Virus record (IMG/VR): IMGVR_UViG_3300038853_000032
Source of the DNA: an uncultured virus (IMG/VR IMGVR_UViG_3300038853_000032)
Taxonomy: Duplodnaviria > Heunggongvirae > Uroviricota > Caudoviricetes
Reading direction: 5' to 3' (one strand)
DNA: 64,000 nt
The notes under the pieces: model-generated
Told to the model about the DNA's origin: nothing
What the model saw: the letters and a program-made list of their open reading frames with translations, nothing else
Databases searched by the model: none
In this document: in pieces, positions 46,973 through 57,522 of the stretch
Numbering within the stretch: the stretch's first letter is position 1
How the letters are laid out: each line of letters opens with the position of its first letter
Made by a program: the position numbers and the translations under genes

Positions 46973-46980
46973 AAAGTAAT

Positions 46981-47826
46981 ATGCGTAATATTATATTAGC
47001 CGCTGATCATAACGGAATTGAATTAAAAAAGGAAATTAAAAATTATTTACGACAAAACTCAAATTACAATCCTATTGACTTAGGACCTTTTGATAATACT
47101 AAAGTTGACTATCCTGATTATGCTTATCAAACAGGTAAAATAATATCTGATAATGATGCTCAATACGGAATTTTAGTTTGTGGAACTGGAGTAGGAATGA
47201 GCATTGCGGCCAACAAAGTTCCAGGAATTCGTGCAGCATTAGTTCACAACACAGAAACAGCTCCATTAACTAAAGAACACAATAACGCGAATATACTTTG
47301 TTTAAGTGCTTGGGTGGTAAATAAAGAAGTTAGTCTTGAAATCGTACAAGATTGGCTAAACGCTAAATTCGGTGAATACCGACACGTAAAAAGAGTGGCT
47401 AAAATTGATCGTAATCCTCATAATAAAATAGTTTTTACCAACGGGGTTTTTGACTTGATTCACAGCGGCCATATTGATCTTCTCAACTTTGCCAAATTAT
47501 TAGGAGATAAATTAGTGGTAGGAATAAACTCCGACGCTTCCACTAAACAGCTAAAAGGAAAAACTCGACCTATTAACAAAGAAAAAGACAGAAAAAAAAT
47601 CATCGAATCACTTAAAGCCGTGGACGAAGTTATTATATTCGATTCTGTATATACATTAGACCTTATTAAACAAATTCAACCCCAAATTGTTGTTAAAGGA
47701 GGAGAGTGGACTGCTGAAAAAATTAGACAAAGAGACCGTATACCTCAAAATATAGAGATATACGTTTACCCTTTTAAAGAAGGTTACTCTTCTACCAGTA
47801 TAATTAATAGCATAAAGGAGGTATAA
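46981..47826 (+). CDS. RpiB ribose-5-phosphate isomerase fused to an HldC/RfaE-II nucleotidyltransferase
   Basis: AADHNG, DYPDYA, CGTGVGM, HNNAN; FTNGVFDLIHSGH, NSDAS, VKGGEW, SSTSII. Confidence 0.9.
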   Translation: MRNIILAADHNGIELKKEIKNYLRQNSNYNPIDLGPFDNTKVDYPDYAYQTGKIISDNDAQYGILVCGTGVGMSIAANKVPGIRAALVHNTETAPLTKEHNNANILCLSAWVVNKEVSLEIVQDWLNAKFGEYRHVKRVAKIDRNPHNKIVFTNGVFDLIHSGHIDLLNFAKLLGDKLVVGINSDASTKQLKGKTRPINKEKDRKKIIESLKAVDEVIIFDSVYTLDLIKQIQPQIVVKGGEWTAEKIRQRDRIPQNIEIYVYPFKEGYSSTSIINSIKEV

Positions 47827-47829
47827 CAA

Positions 47830-48474
47830 ATGAGTATTCGTCGTCAAGTATGTAAATACAATAAAATGTTGCCTACTCTTCAGTTAGTTACTTGGACGTC
47901 TGGTAATATTAGCATCGCAGATGAAAAAAATCTTTATATTAAACCTAGTGGAATCTTATTTGAAGATCTTACCCATAAAGACATATCAGTAGTAGAAATT
48001 AAAACTGGTAATCATTTACAAGGCCGTAAACCCTCGACAGATACTGAAAGTCATCGAATAGTATACAAACATAAACCACATGTCAAAAGCATAGTTCATA
48101 CACATTCTACCTACGCTACAGCATTTGCCGCTTGTGGAAAAGATATTCCTGTACTTCTTACTGCAGCCGCAGATGAGTTTGGACAAGCCATTAAGTGTTC
48201 TGACTATGCAGAGATAGGAGGAAAAGAAATAGGACATGAAATTTGTAAATACATGGAACCTACCGGGGTTGTGTTGCTTAGAAACCACGGAGTATTTACA
48301 ACCGCTAAAACAGTAGAAGAAGCTCTTAAAAAAGCTGTGATGGTAGAAGATGTTGCTAAAACTACCTACCATGCTCACATGCTAAAAACTCCTATAGAAT
48401 TAACTTTAGAGCAAATCCGTAACTGCTACGAAAGATACCAAAACACCTATGGACAAAATAATTCTAATCGGTGA
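47830..48474 (+). CDS. L-ribulose-5-phosphate 4-epimerase (class II aldolase family)
   Basis: WTSGNIS, IKPSG, PSTDT..H, VHTHSTYAT, LRNHG. Confidence 0.85.
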   Translation: MSIRRQVCKYNKMLPTLQLVTWTSGNISIADEKNLYIKPSGILFEDLTHKDISVVEIKTGNHLQGRKPSTDTESHRIVYKHKPHVKSIVHTHSTYATAFAACGKDIPVLLTAAADEFGQAIKCSDYAEIGGKEIGHEICKYMEPTGVVLLRNHGVFTTAKTVEEALKKAVMVEDVAKTTYHAHMLKTPIELTLEQIRNCYERYQNTYGQNNSNR

Positions 48475-49327
48475 TACCATTATAGACGTCAACACGGAAG
48501 GAACCCTATTAGGAACTTCTAGTGAATCGCCTACCCTTGTAATATCTAAAAATAAAGAAACTACGACTTTAGGGGGAGCCGCGTTAGTTCACAGAAATTT
48601 ACAACAACTTCATTGTGAACATCAATTTATCACTGGAATAAGTACCAAAGATCGTGAAAACAACGTATTTTCTGACCCAACCATTTCTTACGTCTACACC
48701 CAAAAAAACACCACCACTAAACACAGATACTGGTGTGATAAATATAAATTACTCCAGGTAGACACTATAGATAACTCGCCCATAACAAAAACTGAGTTTG
48801 AAAAAATAAAAACTACTATTACTAACACTAATCCTAATTTAATCATAGTTGCAGATTATCGACACGGATTTTTATCAAATGAACTAATAACTTTTATTAA
48901 TGATTTTAATAAACCGATTATTTTGGATTCCCAGGTATCTCAAAACCCCGCTAACCACCACCTCTACAAAAACATATACTTAACCTTGCTTAACCAACAC
49001 GAAGCTTCTCAATACGCTCTTAACGTTAATTGGGACAAACCAGAGATATGGGCTTCAGAATTATGTAATAAGTTAGATTCGCAAATTTTCATAGTAAAAT
49101 TTGCTGAAAAAGGGTGTATATACTTAGACAAAGAAAAAAATAATTTCATTAAGTTTAAAACAACTTCTGTTAAAAATCCAATAGACACGTCAGGTGCAGG
49201 AGATGCGTTTTTAGCAGGGCTAATATCAGAATGGAAAAACATACCACTTTTTGATGGAATCAAATTCGCAGTAAACTGGGCTACTGAGTCTGTAAAAGTA
49301 AAAGGAGCTAACCCACCTAATGAGTAA
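48449..49327 (+). CDS. PfkB kinase, HldA/RfaE-I heptose-kinase-like
   Basis: IGD.IID, S.ESPTLV, LGGAA, ADY.HG, DTSGAGDAF. Confidence 0.85.
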   Translation: MDKIILIGDTIIDVNTEGTLLGTSSESPTLVISKNKETTTLGGAALVHRNLQQLHCEHQFITGISTKDRENNVFSDPTISYVYTQKNTTTKHRYWCDKYKLLQVDTIDNSPITKTEFEKIKTTITNTNPNLIIVADYRHGFLSNELITFINDFNKPIILDSQVSQNPANHHLYKNIYLTLLNQHEASQYALNVNWDKPEIWASELCNKLDSQIFIVKFAEKGCIYLDKEKNNFIKFKTTSVKNPIDTSGAGDAFLAGLISEWKNIPLFDGIKFAVNWATESVKVKGANPPNE

Positions 49328-49730
49328 TCTCTACGGACCGCAAACCGTTCCAAAAATTCAAAATTGCACAGATTTTAGAACAAAGTACTGGGGATGGATA
49401 AAAACTTGTATTGCTACACACGATTTTACCATAAAACATATTTTTATGAAAAAAAATAGTCAGAGTAGTTTAGAATACCACGTTAAAAAAAATGAAAATT
49501 ATTACATCCTTGAAGGAAAATTAAAAGTTGGTATGCGTATAGGAAGAGCTAAAAATAAAGAAATTATACTCAATAAAAGTGATGTATATCATATACCTCC
49601 AGGATTAATGCATATGCGTATAGCTTTAGAAGACACCCATATCATTGAGTGGTCTAATAAAGATGAGGACAGTGATTCTCACATAGTAGAAGATGGTAAA
49701 ATATATGAACATAAGGTTTTTGACAAATGA
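49320..49730 (+). CDS. Cupin (sugar isomerase-like)
   Basis: KYWG, SSLEYH.KK.E, HIPPGLMH. Confidence 0.75.
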   Translation: MSNLYGPQTVPKIQNCTDFRTKYWGWIKTCIATHDFTIKHIFMKKNSQSSLEYHVKKNENYYILEGKLKVGMRIGRAKNKEIILNKSDVYHIPPGLMHMRIALEDTHIIEWSNKDEDSDSHIVEDGKIYEHKVFDK

Positions 49731-50410
49731 AACTATTTTTAGATACTGCTAATTTAAAAGATATAGACATTGCTTTAAGTAAAGGATTTATTCACGGTAT
49801 AACTACTAACCCTTCTTTAATGAGTAAAGAACCTAAAGGTAACTATATTGAGCATATGAAAAAAATTGTAAACTTAATACAAAGGGACGACAGACGTATA
49901 AATTTAAGTGTAGAAGTTTTTGCAACTACTAAAGATGAAATGATAAAACAAGCTGAAGATATAGTCTCTGCTCTTAATTATAAAGATTTAAGCATTAAAA
50001 TTCCAATCGGATGGGAAGAACTTGAAGTAATTCATACTTTATCCCAAAAAAATATAAGCATCAATTGTACTTGTATTTTTAGTGAAGCCCAGTGTATGCT
50101 AGCAACTAACGCAGGAGCTCGATACATATCTATTTTTGGTAATAGAGTAAAAGACTTGAGAGGAAGTTTCGTTACCCCTACTAAAAATATGAGAGAATGG
50201 TTAGACTTAAATAGATGGTACCTATCAGATACAGATACAGAAATAATTGTTGGAAGTATTAGATCAGCTCTAGATATAGTTGAAGCCCAATTAGCAGGAG
50301 CCCATATTGTAACTGCAGGACTTCAACACTATAAAGCTGCAAGTGAGCATGCAGGAACTACCGAATCTGTTAACGCATTTTTAGATGATTTTAAGGAGTG
50401 GATGTCATGA
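49727..50410 (+). CDS. Transaldolase (TalC/FSA family)
   Basis: FLDTAN, GITTNPS, IKIP, NCTCIFS. Confidence 0.92.
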   Translation: MKLFLDTANLKDIDIALSKGFIHGITTNPSLMSKEPKGNYIEHMKKIVNLIQRDDRRINLSVEVFATTKDEMIKQAEDIVSALNYKDLSIKIPIGWEELEVIHTLSQKNISINCTCIFSEAQCMLATNAGARYISIFGNRVKDLRGSFVTPTKNMREWLDLNRWYLSDTDTEIIVGSIRSALDIVEAQLAGAHIVTAGLQHYKAASEHAGTTESVNAFLDDFKEWMS

Positions 50411-51267
50411 ATATGATGTACGCAGCGGTGTTTACCCCTACTTCTACAAATACTCCACAAGCTCATGTTTTTGAAGAGTTGGGCCATACTTTAACTAAAT
50501 ACGATATTAAAGAAAAATTAATTACTAATAAGAACTCGTCCGAACGTGACACAGATCTTATTGAAATGTGCAAAACAGTAACCCCTGATTTTCTACTTAT
50601 TAGTAAAGGTGCAGGATTAGACATTAGAGTTATTGAAGAGTGTAAAAAAGTTTGTCCCATAGTCTTATGGTACATGGACCCGATGATAAATGTAGACGAA
50701 GAATTGTTTCAAAAAATTCACAAATCAGACTATGTTTTTTATGCTGCTCCTGCTGTTTATAAAAAACTTAAAAATGAAAACCCTAACAGCTACTTTATTC
50801 ATGAAGGATACGATTCAACAGTTCACAAATTTTATGATAAAATAGATTATGTTTATGATACAAGTTTTATTGGTGTTTTAAAAGAACACCGTGCTCAATA
50901 TTATAATCATTTTAACTTTAATTGTTTTACGGATAAATTTAATCACGATCACAACAGAATTGTTAATCAAACTAGGATTAATATTAATTTTACTAATAAT
51001 CGAGAAGGAACATCAGATAGAGCATATAAAATTATGGGATCGGGAGGATTTCTATTAACAGAGCCTTGGGAAGACTTACAAAAAGATTTTATTCCTGGTA
51101 CAGAAGTAGCAGTATTTAACGACGAAAAAGAGTTTAAAGAAAAAATAACATACTATTTAAATAACTGGATGGAAAGAAAAAATATTGCAAGAAACGGATA
51201 TAATAAAGTCAAAAAGTTCACAGTAAAAAATTGGGCTAAATTTATTATTGAAAGGGTACAAAAATAA
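50398..51267 (+). CDS. CgeB-like glycosyltransferase
   Basis: LWYMD, SDRAYKIMGSGGFLLT, KI.YYL...ER..IA.NG. Confidence 0.8.
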   Translation: MDVMNMMYAAVFTPTSTNTPQAHVFEELGHTLTKYDIKEKLITNKNSSERDTDLIEMCKTVTPDFLLISKGAGLDIRVIEECKKVCPIVLWYMDPMINVDEELFQKIHKSDYVFYAAPAVYKKLKNENPNSYFIHEGYDSTVHKFYDKIDYVYDTSFIGVLKEHRAQYYNHFNFNCFTDKFNHDHNRIVNQTRININFTNNREGTSDRAYKIMGSGGFLLTEPWEDLQKDFIPGTEVAVFNDEKEFKEKITYYLNNWMERKNIARNGYNKVKKFTVKNWAKFIIERVQK

Positions 51268-52139
51268 TGATTGCTAACTTAATTGGAGTAGGGTATTGGG
51301 GGTCTTTTATTTATAAAACCTTAAAAGATACCGGATTTAAAACAATTAATCTTTGTGATCCTAAAGTGCCAGGAGCTTGTACTAACTATAAAAAAATGGA
51401 TCAGGCAGAATTTGTTTTTGTTGCTACACCTGTTTCATCTCACTTTGAAATTTGTGAACATTTTTTATCGCAAGGTAAAAGAGTATTCTGTGAAAAACCT
51501 TTAACTGCAACAGCTAAGGAAGCAGAAGAATTATATAAAATTGCAGAAAAACATAACACTTATTTATTTGTGGACTGGGTATTTACCTATAATTATGGAG
51601 TAGAATTAATAAAACAGTATGTAAAAGATAAAGAAAATAAAGGAAATCCTATTGCTCATGCCTACATGCAAAGAAAAAACACCCGAATAAACCATATTAC
51701 CGATATTAACGCTAAATTAGATTTAGCAGGGCATGATATCTCAGTCTTATTAACTCTTACTGACCAAATAGTTATGGCAGTTAAGTGGACCGAATACCGA
51801 AAAGACTCAAAATCTCCTTATACTGACAGTGCTATAGGAAACTTAAAATTTGGAAGATTTGATGCTATAGTCGACGTTAGCTGGTATAATCCTTATAAGG
51901 CAAGAGAATCAGTAATAAAGTTTACAAACGATGAGTACGTTATTTGGAACGACGCAAACCAAACTGTAGCTTTTCAAGACAATTTTAGAGACAAACCTCT
52001 TACCATTAGTTACGCAGCCCATGCTTCCCCACTAGAAAGAGCTATAAAACAGTTTCTAATACTTAATAATACGTCATATCAAAAACAAAAAGACCTAACC
52101 CTAAGTATTTTAAGGATTCTAAATAATGACAGCGATTAA
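51267..52139 (+). CDS. Gfo/Idh/MocA oxidoreductase
   Basis: GVGYWG, VATP..SH, CEKP, DLAGHD. Confidence 0.88.
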   Translation: MIANLIGVGYWGSFIYKTLKDTGFKTINLCDPKVPGACTNYKKMDQAEFVFVATPVSSHFEICEHFLSQGKRVFCEKPLTATAKEAEELYKIAEKHNTYLFVDWVFTYNYGVELIKQYVKDKENKGNPIAHAYMQRKNTRINHITDINAKLDLAGHDISVLLTLTDQIVMAVKWTEYRKDSKSPYTDSAIGNLKFGRFDAIVDVSWYNPYKARESVIKFTNDEYVIWNDANQTVAFQDNFRDKPLTISYAAHASPLERAIKQFLILNNTSYQKQKDLTLSILRILNNDSD

Positions 52140-53325
52140 ACTTAATGATCTTGCTTTACAATGGGAAGCTATAAAAGAGGAGTGTCTTCCCAAAATTAAC
52201 AAGTTTTTAGAAAGCGGCTATTATATTGGAAACCCTATCATAGCAGAATTTGAAGAAAATTTTGCTGAATATATAGGAACTGAATTCGCAGTTGCTGTTT
52301 CTAACGGTACAGATGCTTTAAAATTAAGTTTGCAATCTTTAGAGTTAACAGGAAAAACCTGTGTCTTAATGCCTGCTAATACATATATTGCCAATGCTTT
52401 CGCAGCATCTTATTTTAATTACGAAATTAAGTTAATTGATTGTGATCAGTATTATGGTATAAAAATAAGTCACTTACACGCTTGGCTAGCAGGTAATCGA
52501 GAAAAATATGATAACGTAATAGTTATGGGAGTTCATTTATATGGTTACCCTGTTAATATTGAGAGATTAAAATCACTTTGTGTTTTATATAAAGTTTATC
52601 TCATTGAAGACTGCTCTCAAGCACACGGAGCAATGGTAAGAGTAGGAAAAGTAGGTAATTTTGGAGAGTTATCAGTATTTTCGTGTTATGCAGCAAAGAA
52701 TCTAGGAGCCGCAGGAGAGTGTGGTGTTATTACTACTAACCACTCTGATTTAAAAGATATATTACTCAAATTAAGAAATATGGGAGAAGAACAAAAGTAT
52801 ATTCACACACGAATAGGTTGGAATAACAGACCTCAAGCGTTTCAATGTATTATTTTAAATGAAAAACTTAAATATTTAGACGAGTGGAACAGCTACCGCA
52901 GTCGCATAGCCGAACGATATAATAAATTACTAAAAAACTTACCAATTATGCTTCCAAAAGAACCAGATTGGGCTGTAATTTCAGTATTTCATTTATATGT
53001 AATTAGAACTAACAAAAGAGACGAACTACAATCTTTTTTATCTAAAAAAGAAATTGAAACAGGAATTCATTACCCAGTTCCAATTTCAAAAGCCCCTGCG
53101 TATGACCACTCTAACCCTGAATATCATTACGCTGATTATTTTTCTGTGTCTACTCCCACACCTAACCAAAATAACGCTGCATCTCATTACTCATCGCTTC
53201 AAAATCTCATCAATACTCACAAATGGCAAAACCAACTTCTTAGTTTACCAATGCATCCGTTCTTAACTGATAATGAGGTAGATTATGTAGCATCATCAAT
53301 CGAAGAATTTTTTAATGAAAAATAA
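52126..53325 (+). CDS. DegT/DnrJ/EryC1/StrS aminotransferase
   Basis: SNGTDAL, VHLYG, EDCSQAHG, SCYAAKNLG, SLPMHP. Confidence 0.92.
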   Translation: MTAIKLNDLALQWEAIKEECLPKINKFLESGYYIGNPIIAEFEENFAEYIGTEFAVAVSNGTDALKLSLQSLELTGKTCVLMPANTYIANAFAASYFNYEIKLIDCDQYYGIKISHLHAWLAGNREKYDNVIVMGVHLYGYPVNIERLKSLCVLYKVYLIEDCSQAHGAMVRVGKVGNFGELSVFSCYAAKNLGAAGECGVITTNHSDLKDILLKLRNMGEEQKYIHTRIGWNNRPQAFQCIILNEKLKYLDEWNSYRSRIAERYNKLLKNLPIMLPKEPDWAVISVFHLYVIRTNKRDELQSFLSKKEIETGIHYPVPISKAPAYDHSNPEYHYADYFSVSTPTPNQNNAASHYSSLQNLINTHKWQNQLLSLPMHPFLTDNEVDYVASSIEEFFNEK

Positions 53326-53782
53326 AACTAATATTTATGACTCACAAATTAGGAACTGTAGATTAGAAACCGGTATCACAATTATTACTCCAGTTAATTT
53401 GTATGAATGTACTATTGGTGCTTATACAAAAATAGGACCTTTCGTAGAAATTCAAAGAGGAGTTTTTATTGGAACTCACTGTAATATTCAATCACACTCT
53501 TTTATATGTGAACAAGTTACAATAGGGCACCACTGCTTTATTGGACATGGAGTTATGTTTACTAATGATTCGTTTAAAAAGGGCAACCCTAACCCAGATC
53601 CTAATAGTTGGGAAGAAACTATTATCGGTAATAACGTAAGTATTGGGTCAGGAGTCACTCTTTTACCTGTTCAAATTTGTCCTCATGCAGTAATTGGAGC
53701 TGGGTCTGTTGTTACTAAAAATATTAGTCAACCTGGAATTTACTTTGGAAATCCCGCTAAATATTATAGAGAAATTACATGA
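53315..53782 (+). CDS. Hexapeptide-repeat N-acetyltransferase (WbpD/FdtC-like)
   Basis: IGPFVEIQ, IQSHSFICE, GHGVMFTND, GNPAK. Confidence 0.88.
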   Translation: MKNKTNIYDSQIRNCRLETGITIITPVNLYECTIGAYTKIGPFVEIQRGVFIGTHCNIQSHSFICEQVTIGHHCFIGHGVMFTNDSFKKGNPNPDPNSWEETIIGNNVSIGSGVTLLPVQICPHAVIGAGSVVTKNISQPGIYFGNPAKYYREIT

Positions 53783-54609
53783 AAAGCGTTTTTATTACTT
53801 TTCCCCATGCTTTAGGCGACATGCTATTACTAATACCCGCGCTACGAGCTTGGTGTGAAACAAACGACCCAGTCTCTGTAATTATTCAAAGAAGATTCAA
53901 TAGTTCTCCCTTTGATAATTGTCCTTATGTAAAAAAAGTATACTACGAACTAAGCGATCCATGGCAAGACTACGGACCTCACAATACTGTTTTTGGGTTT
54001 CCAGCCACTGCGCTTCAAGGACAAGTTACTGCAGAAAAAAACGGACGTTTAGGAAGAGGGGATTTAAGAGTTATTGCATATGCAATTGACCCAGAAATAG
54101 CTGGAGGATTAAATAAAGCCAAAGTGTTTAACTATGCAGATATGATAGGAGTAGACATAAAAAACTACACACCCCAAGTTTTTATCTCTAATAAAGATAA
54201 AATGGAAGCTCATAAGTTAATTTATAAATTAGTAGGAAATAACCCCTATGGATTTATACAAACTAATAGCGGCGATCCTGACCGAGGACTTCCAAGTAAT
54301 TATGGTCAAAAGTGGTTAAAAGTTAATAAAAATTTAAAACATTTTATTGAGTTAGAACAAAATTTACAGGTAAACGACCTGTCTATTAACGCAATGTTTG
54401 AAGTAATGAGACTAGCTACAGGTGTAGTAGTTCCTAATTCTGTATTTTGGCAAGCAGCAGGAGCAATGGGGAAAAAAGTAGATTTAGCATATTTTTCTAG
54501 AGGAGAAGAAGATTTAAATAGAAGAAAATATGAAATACATTATGGAAAAAAAGAACCTTTTTATAATGAAGAATTTTATAAGAGCGTAGTGTTCGAGTTA
54601 GCACAATGA
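53779..54609 (+). CDS. GT9-like protein, paralog A
   Basis: FPHALGD, NSVFWQAAGA. Confidence 0.65.
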   Translation: MKSVFITFPHALGDMLLLIPALRAWCETNDPVSVIIQRRFNSSPFDNCPYVKKVYYELSDPWQDYGPHNTVFGFPATALQGQVTAEKNGRLGRGDLRVIAYAIDPEIAGGLNKAKVFNYADMIGVDIKNYTPQVFISNKDKMEAHKLIYKLVGNNPYGFIQTNSGDPDRGLPSNYGQKWLKVNKNLKHFIELEQNLQVNDLSINAMFEVMRLATGVVVPNSVFWQAAGAMGKKVDLAYFSRGEEDLNRRKYEIHYGKKEPFYNEEFYKSVVFELAQ

Positions 54610-55391
54610 AAGCTCTTATTATCTTTCCTCATGGTTTAGGCGACCAAATTGCCCTTGTTCCTGTACTCCGGGCATGGTCAGAAAAGAATCATATCCCTTC
54701 TATAGCCATTCAACGACGATTTAATAGTTCACCTCTAGATAATTGTCCTTATGTAAATAAAGTATACAATATTCTTAGTGATCCGTGGCAAGATTACGGA
54801 TTCCATAACCTAAAAGTAGGGATTCCGGCAACTCAAAACGAAGGGCTCGCAACAGCTTACCGCCACGGGTATTCTCATACAATTTTCGTAGCTAATACAG
54901 AAGAATACCTTTCCACGTTTGAAGTAGACATCAAAAATTATAAGCCAGAAGTTTTTATATCTAATGAAAATAGGATGCTTGCCTCAAAAATAATCTACGA
55001 ATTAGTAGGAAATAATTCATACGGCTTTGTACAGACCCAAAGCGGAGATCCTAATAGAAACTTGCCTCCTAAATACGGAAAAAAATGGTTACAAATTAGA
55101 AAAGAACTGCCACACGTTATTGAAGTAGGAAAAGATGTTCACCCACACGACCTTTCTATTAATGTTCTTTTTGAAATTATGAATAGAGCAAAAGCTATTG
55201 TTCTTCCCAATTCTGTTTTTTGGCACGCTGCAGGAGCTTTAAATAAAAAAATTGATCTAGCTTACTTTCCGAGAGGGCAAAAAGACCTAGACGGAATGAA
55301 ATATACCAGATATTACGAAAGAACTAAGCCTATATACGATGAAAAATTTTATAAAACTACTGTGTTTCAATTAGAAATGTTGCCATCATGA
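54606..55391 (+). CDS. GT9-like protein, paralog B
   Basis: FPHGLGD, NSVFWHAAGA; collinear with paralog A. Confidence 0.65.
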   Translation: MKALIIFPHGLGDQIALVPVLRAWSEKNHIPSIAIQRRFNSSPLDNCPYVNKVYNILSDPWQDYGFHNLKVGIPATQNEGLATAYRHGYSHTIFVANTEEYLSTFEVDIKNYKPEVFISNENRMLASKIIYELVGNNSYGFVQTQSGDPNRNLPPKYGKKWLQIRKELPHVIEVGKDVHPHDLSINVLFEIMNRAKAIVLPNSVFWHAAGALNKKIDLAYFPRGQKDLDGMKYTRYYERTKPIYDEKFYKTTVFQLEMLPS

Positions 55392-56320
55392 ATAAAGACA
55401 CTAAAATTTGGGGTATGAGTTTTAGCCTTATCGGCGATTTAATCGCTGGTTTACCACAACTAAATTACTTTGAAAAAAAATATCCTGGAAGTTATAAGTA
55501 TTGGGGAATACACAAAAAAATGTCCCATGCAGCTCCTCTCTTTTATAACCATCCATTAATAGATAGAATTAAAATTACAGACACATGGGGAGGATTCGGA
55601 GAAAACGACTATGAACTGGCGTCACAATGCGAATTTACTACAAGACAGTTAGATCATAAAAACAAAACCCTTCTTAACGCACGCCCAGAAGATTACTGGT
55701 ACAATGATCATGATATTGTTGAACAACTCGCTCGCATGTCAGGTATTTATGATATTCAAGAAGTTTTAACAGAAGAGGAACTTCGTCCTCAACTATCTCA
55801 GTGGTTCGAAGCTGATTTTGATTTTATAGAAAAAAATGAAGGTTATACTAAATCAAGAACTAAATCAAACTTAATTCCCTCTAAAAGTATAGTTATTTGG
55901 CCTTTTAGCGGCTACGGACACTGGCCTTCTCGCTCTCCTTCTACCCAGTGGTGGAATACCTTAGTAGACACTTTAGTTAATAATAATTTTACCATATTTC
56001 ATTGTGGGTGGATAGAAGAACCTCATTTATCTAACTTAGACAATTATGTGCGTTGCGTAAACTTACCGTTTTTTGAACAAATTAAGATTAGTCTTGCTAC
56101 TAAATTAGCAGTTGGAGCTGACAGCGGGTCTATGTGGACATTAGGAGCCTATTCTCATCCAGCTATCCATCTTATGACTAATTGGCGAGATGGACACACT
56201 ACAAATTTTAGTGCAATGAATCCCGTTAACATTAAGGGAATATCACACTTTGCTCCTCCATCAAGTGATCAATGGCCACACAACGATATATTAAACAATA
56301 TTTGGGAGATAATAAAGTGA
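55388..56320 (+). CDS. GT9 heptosyltransferase-like
   Basis: LIGDLI, HPLID, VGADSGSMW. Confidence 0.75.
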   Translation: MNKDTKIWGMSFSLIGDLIAGLPQLNYFEKKYPGSYKYWGIHKKMSHAAPLFYNHPLIDRIKITDTWGGFGENDYELASQCEFTTRQLDHKNKTLLNARPEDYWYNDHDIVEQLARMSGIYDIQEVLTEEELRPQLSQWFEADFDFIEKNEGYTKSRTKSNLIPSKSIVIWPFSGYGHWPSRSPSTQWWNTLVDTLVNNNFTIFHCGWIEEPHLSNLDNYVRCVNLPFFEQIKISLATKLAVGADSGSMWTLGAYSHPAIHLMTNWRDGHTTNFSAMNPVNIKGISHFAPPSSDQWPHNDILNNIWEIIK

Positions 56321-57522
56321 TTAACGCTAAAAAAGTATACACATGCAGACTATGTGGCTCTATAGATTTGGTTTCATTTTTTAGCACTGGAGAAATATAT
56401 ATTAATGATTTTCCGAGCACACCAAGTGGAAACAGAGGAAAAGCAGATATGACTCTAACCAGATGTGAAAAATGTAGCTTAATTCAACTTGATCAAACAG
56501 TAGATAACGAAGTTTACTTTGACTACTGGTACGAATCTAAACTAAATAAAAAAATTATTAATAATTTAAAAGATATAGTAACAACAGCAAGAAATGAAGT
56601 TACTTTAGAAAAAGACGATTTAGTTCTTGATATTGGAGCTAATGACGGAACTCTTTTAAGTTTTTACGAAGACTTACCTGTTATAAGAATCGGATGTGAC
56701 CCTGCCAAGTCTATTCAAAATGATCTTACTAAACATTGTGAATACACTATTAATGATTTGTGGAACAAACAAGCCTGGGATAATCTTCCATTATCTAATA
56801 AAAAAGCTAAAATTATTACTGCTATTGCAATGTTCTATGATTTAGATTATCCTAACGAATTTGTTCAAAGTATAAAAAAAGTCTTACACCAAGACGGAGT
56901 GTTTATAGTTCAACTTATGCCTGCCATCCCAATGTTAATGAAATTTGATATTGGAAATGTCTGTCACGAACACTTACTTTATTATACCTATCAATCATTA
57001 GTAAGACTATTTAAGCAGCAGCACTTAGAGATTTATAATGTAAAAGAAAACGATATTAACGGAGGGTCGTATCAATTATGGATTAGACATGCTTTAAGCC
57101 TTAACGGGTCATTGTTTTACCCTGAACAGTATGCACCTCACCTTATTGAAAAGTGGGTAAAACAGGTTAAAATTAATAAAGAAAACACTATTAACTTTAT
57201 CCGCCAAAAAGTAAAAGAAGGTAAAAATGTTTATTTTTACGGGGCATCTACTAAGGGTAACACAATTGCTCAGTGGTATGGTTTAACTTCTAAAGACATA
57301 AAAGGGGCAGCAGAAATTCACCCTAATAAAATCGGAAGATATATGGTAGGGTCTCAAATTCCAATAGTAGACGAGAAAGAAGCCCGTAAAGATGCGGACT
57401 ACTTCCTAGTTACCGGATTTGGTTTTAAAGATATTTTCATTAAAAAAGAAAAAGAATTTTTAGAAAAAGGCGGAAAACTGATTTTTTGTACTCCTACCTT
57501 TGAAATAATCAGTAATCAATGA
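56317..57522 (+). CDS. NDP-sugar C-methyltransferase-like
   Basis: CRLC..C..C zinc site, DIGANDG, HEHLLYY, YGASTKGN. Confidence 0.88.
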   Translation: MINAKKVYTCRLCGSIDLVSFFSTGEIYINDFPSTPSGNRGKADMTLTRCEKCSLIQLDQTVDNEVYFDYWYESKLNKKIINNLKDIVTTARNEVTLEKDDLVLDIGANDGTLLSFYEDLPVIRIGCDPAKSIQNDLTKHCEYTINDLWNKQAWDNLPLSNKKAKIITAIAMFYDLDYPNEFVQSIKKVLHQDGVFIVQLMPAIPMLMKFDIGNVCHEHLLYYTYQSLVRLFKQQHLEIYNVKENDINGGSYQLWIRHALSLNGSLFYPEQYAPHLIEKWVKQVKINKENTINFIRQKVKEGKNVYFYGASTKGNTIAQWYGLTSKDIKGAAEIHPNKIGRYMVGSQIPIVDEKEARKDADYFLVTGFGFKDIFIKKEKEFLEKGGKLIFCTPTFEIISNQ

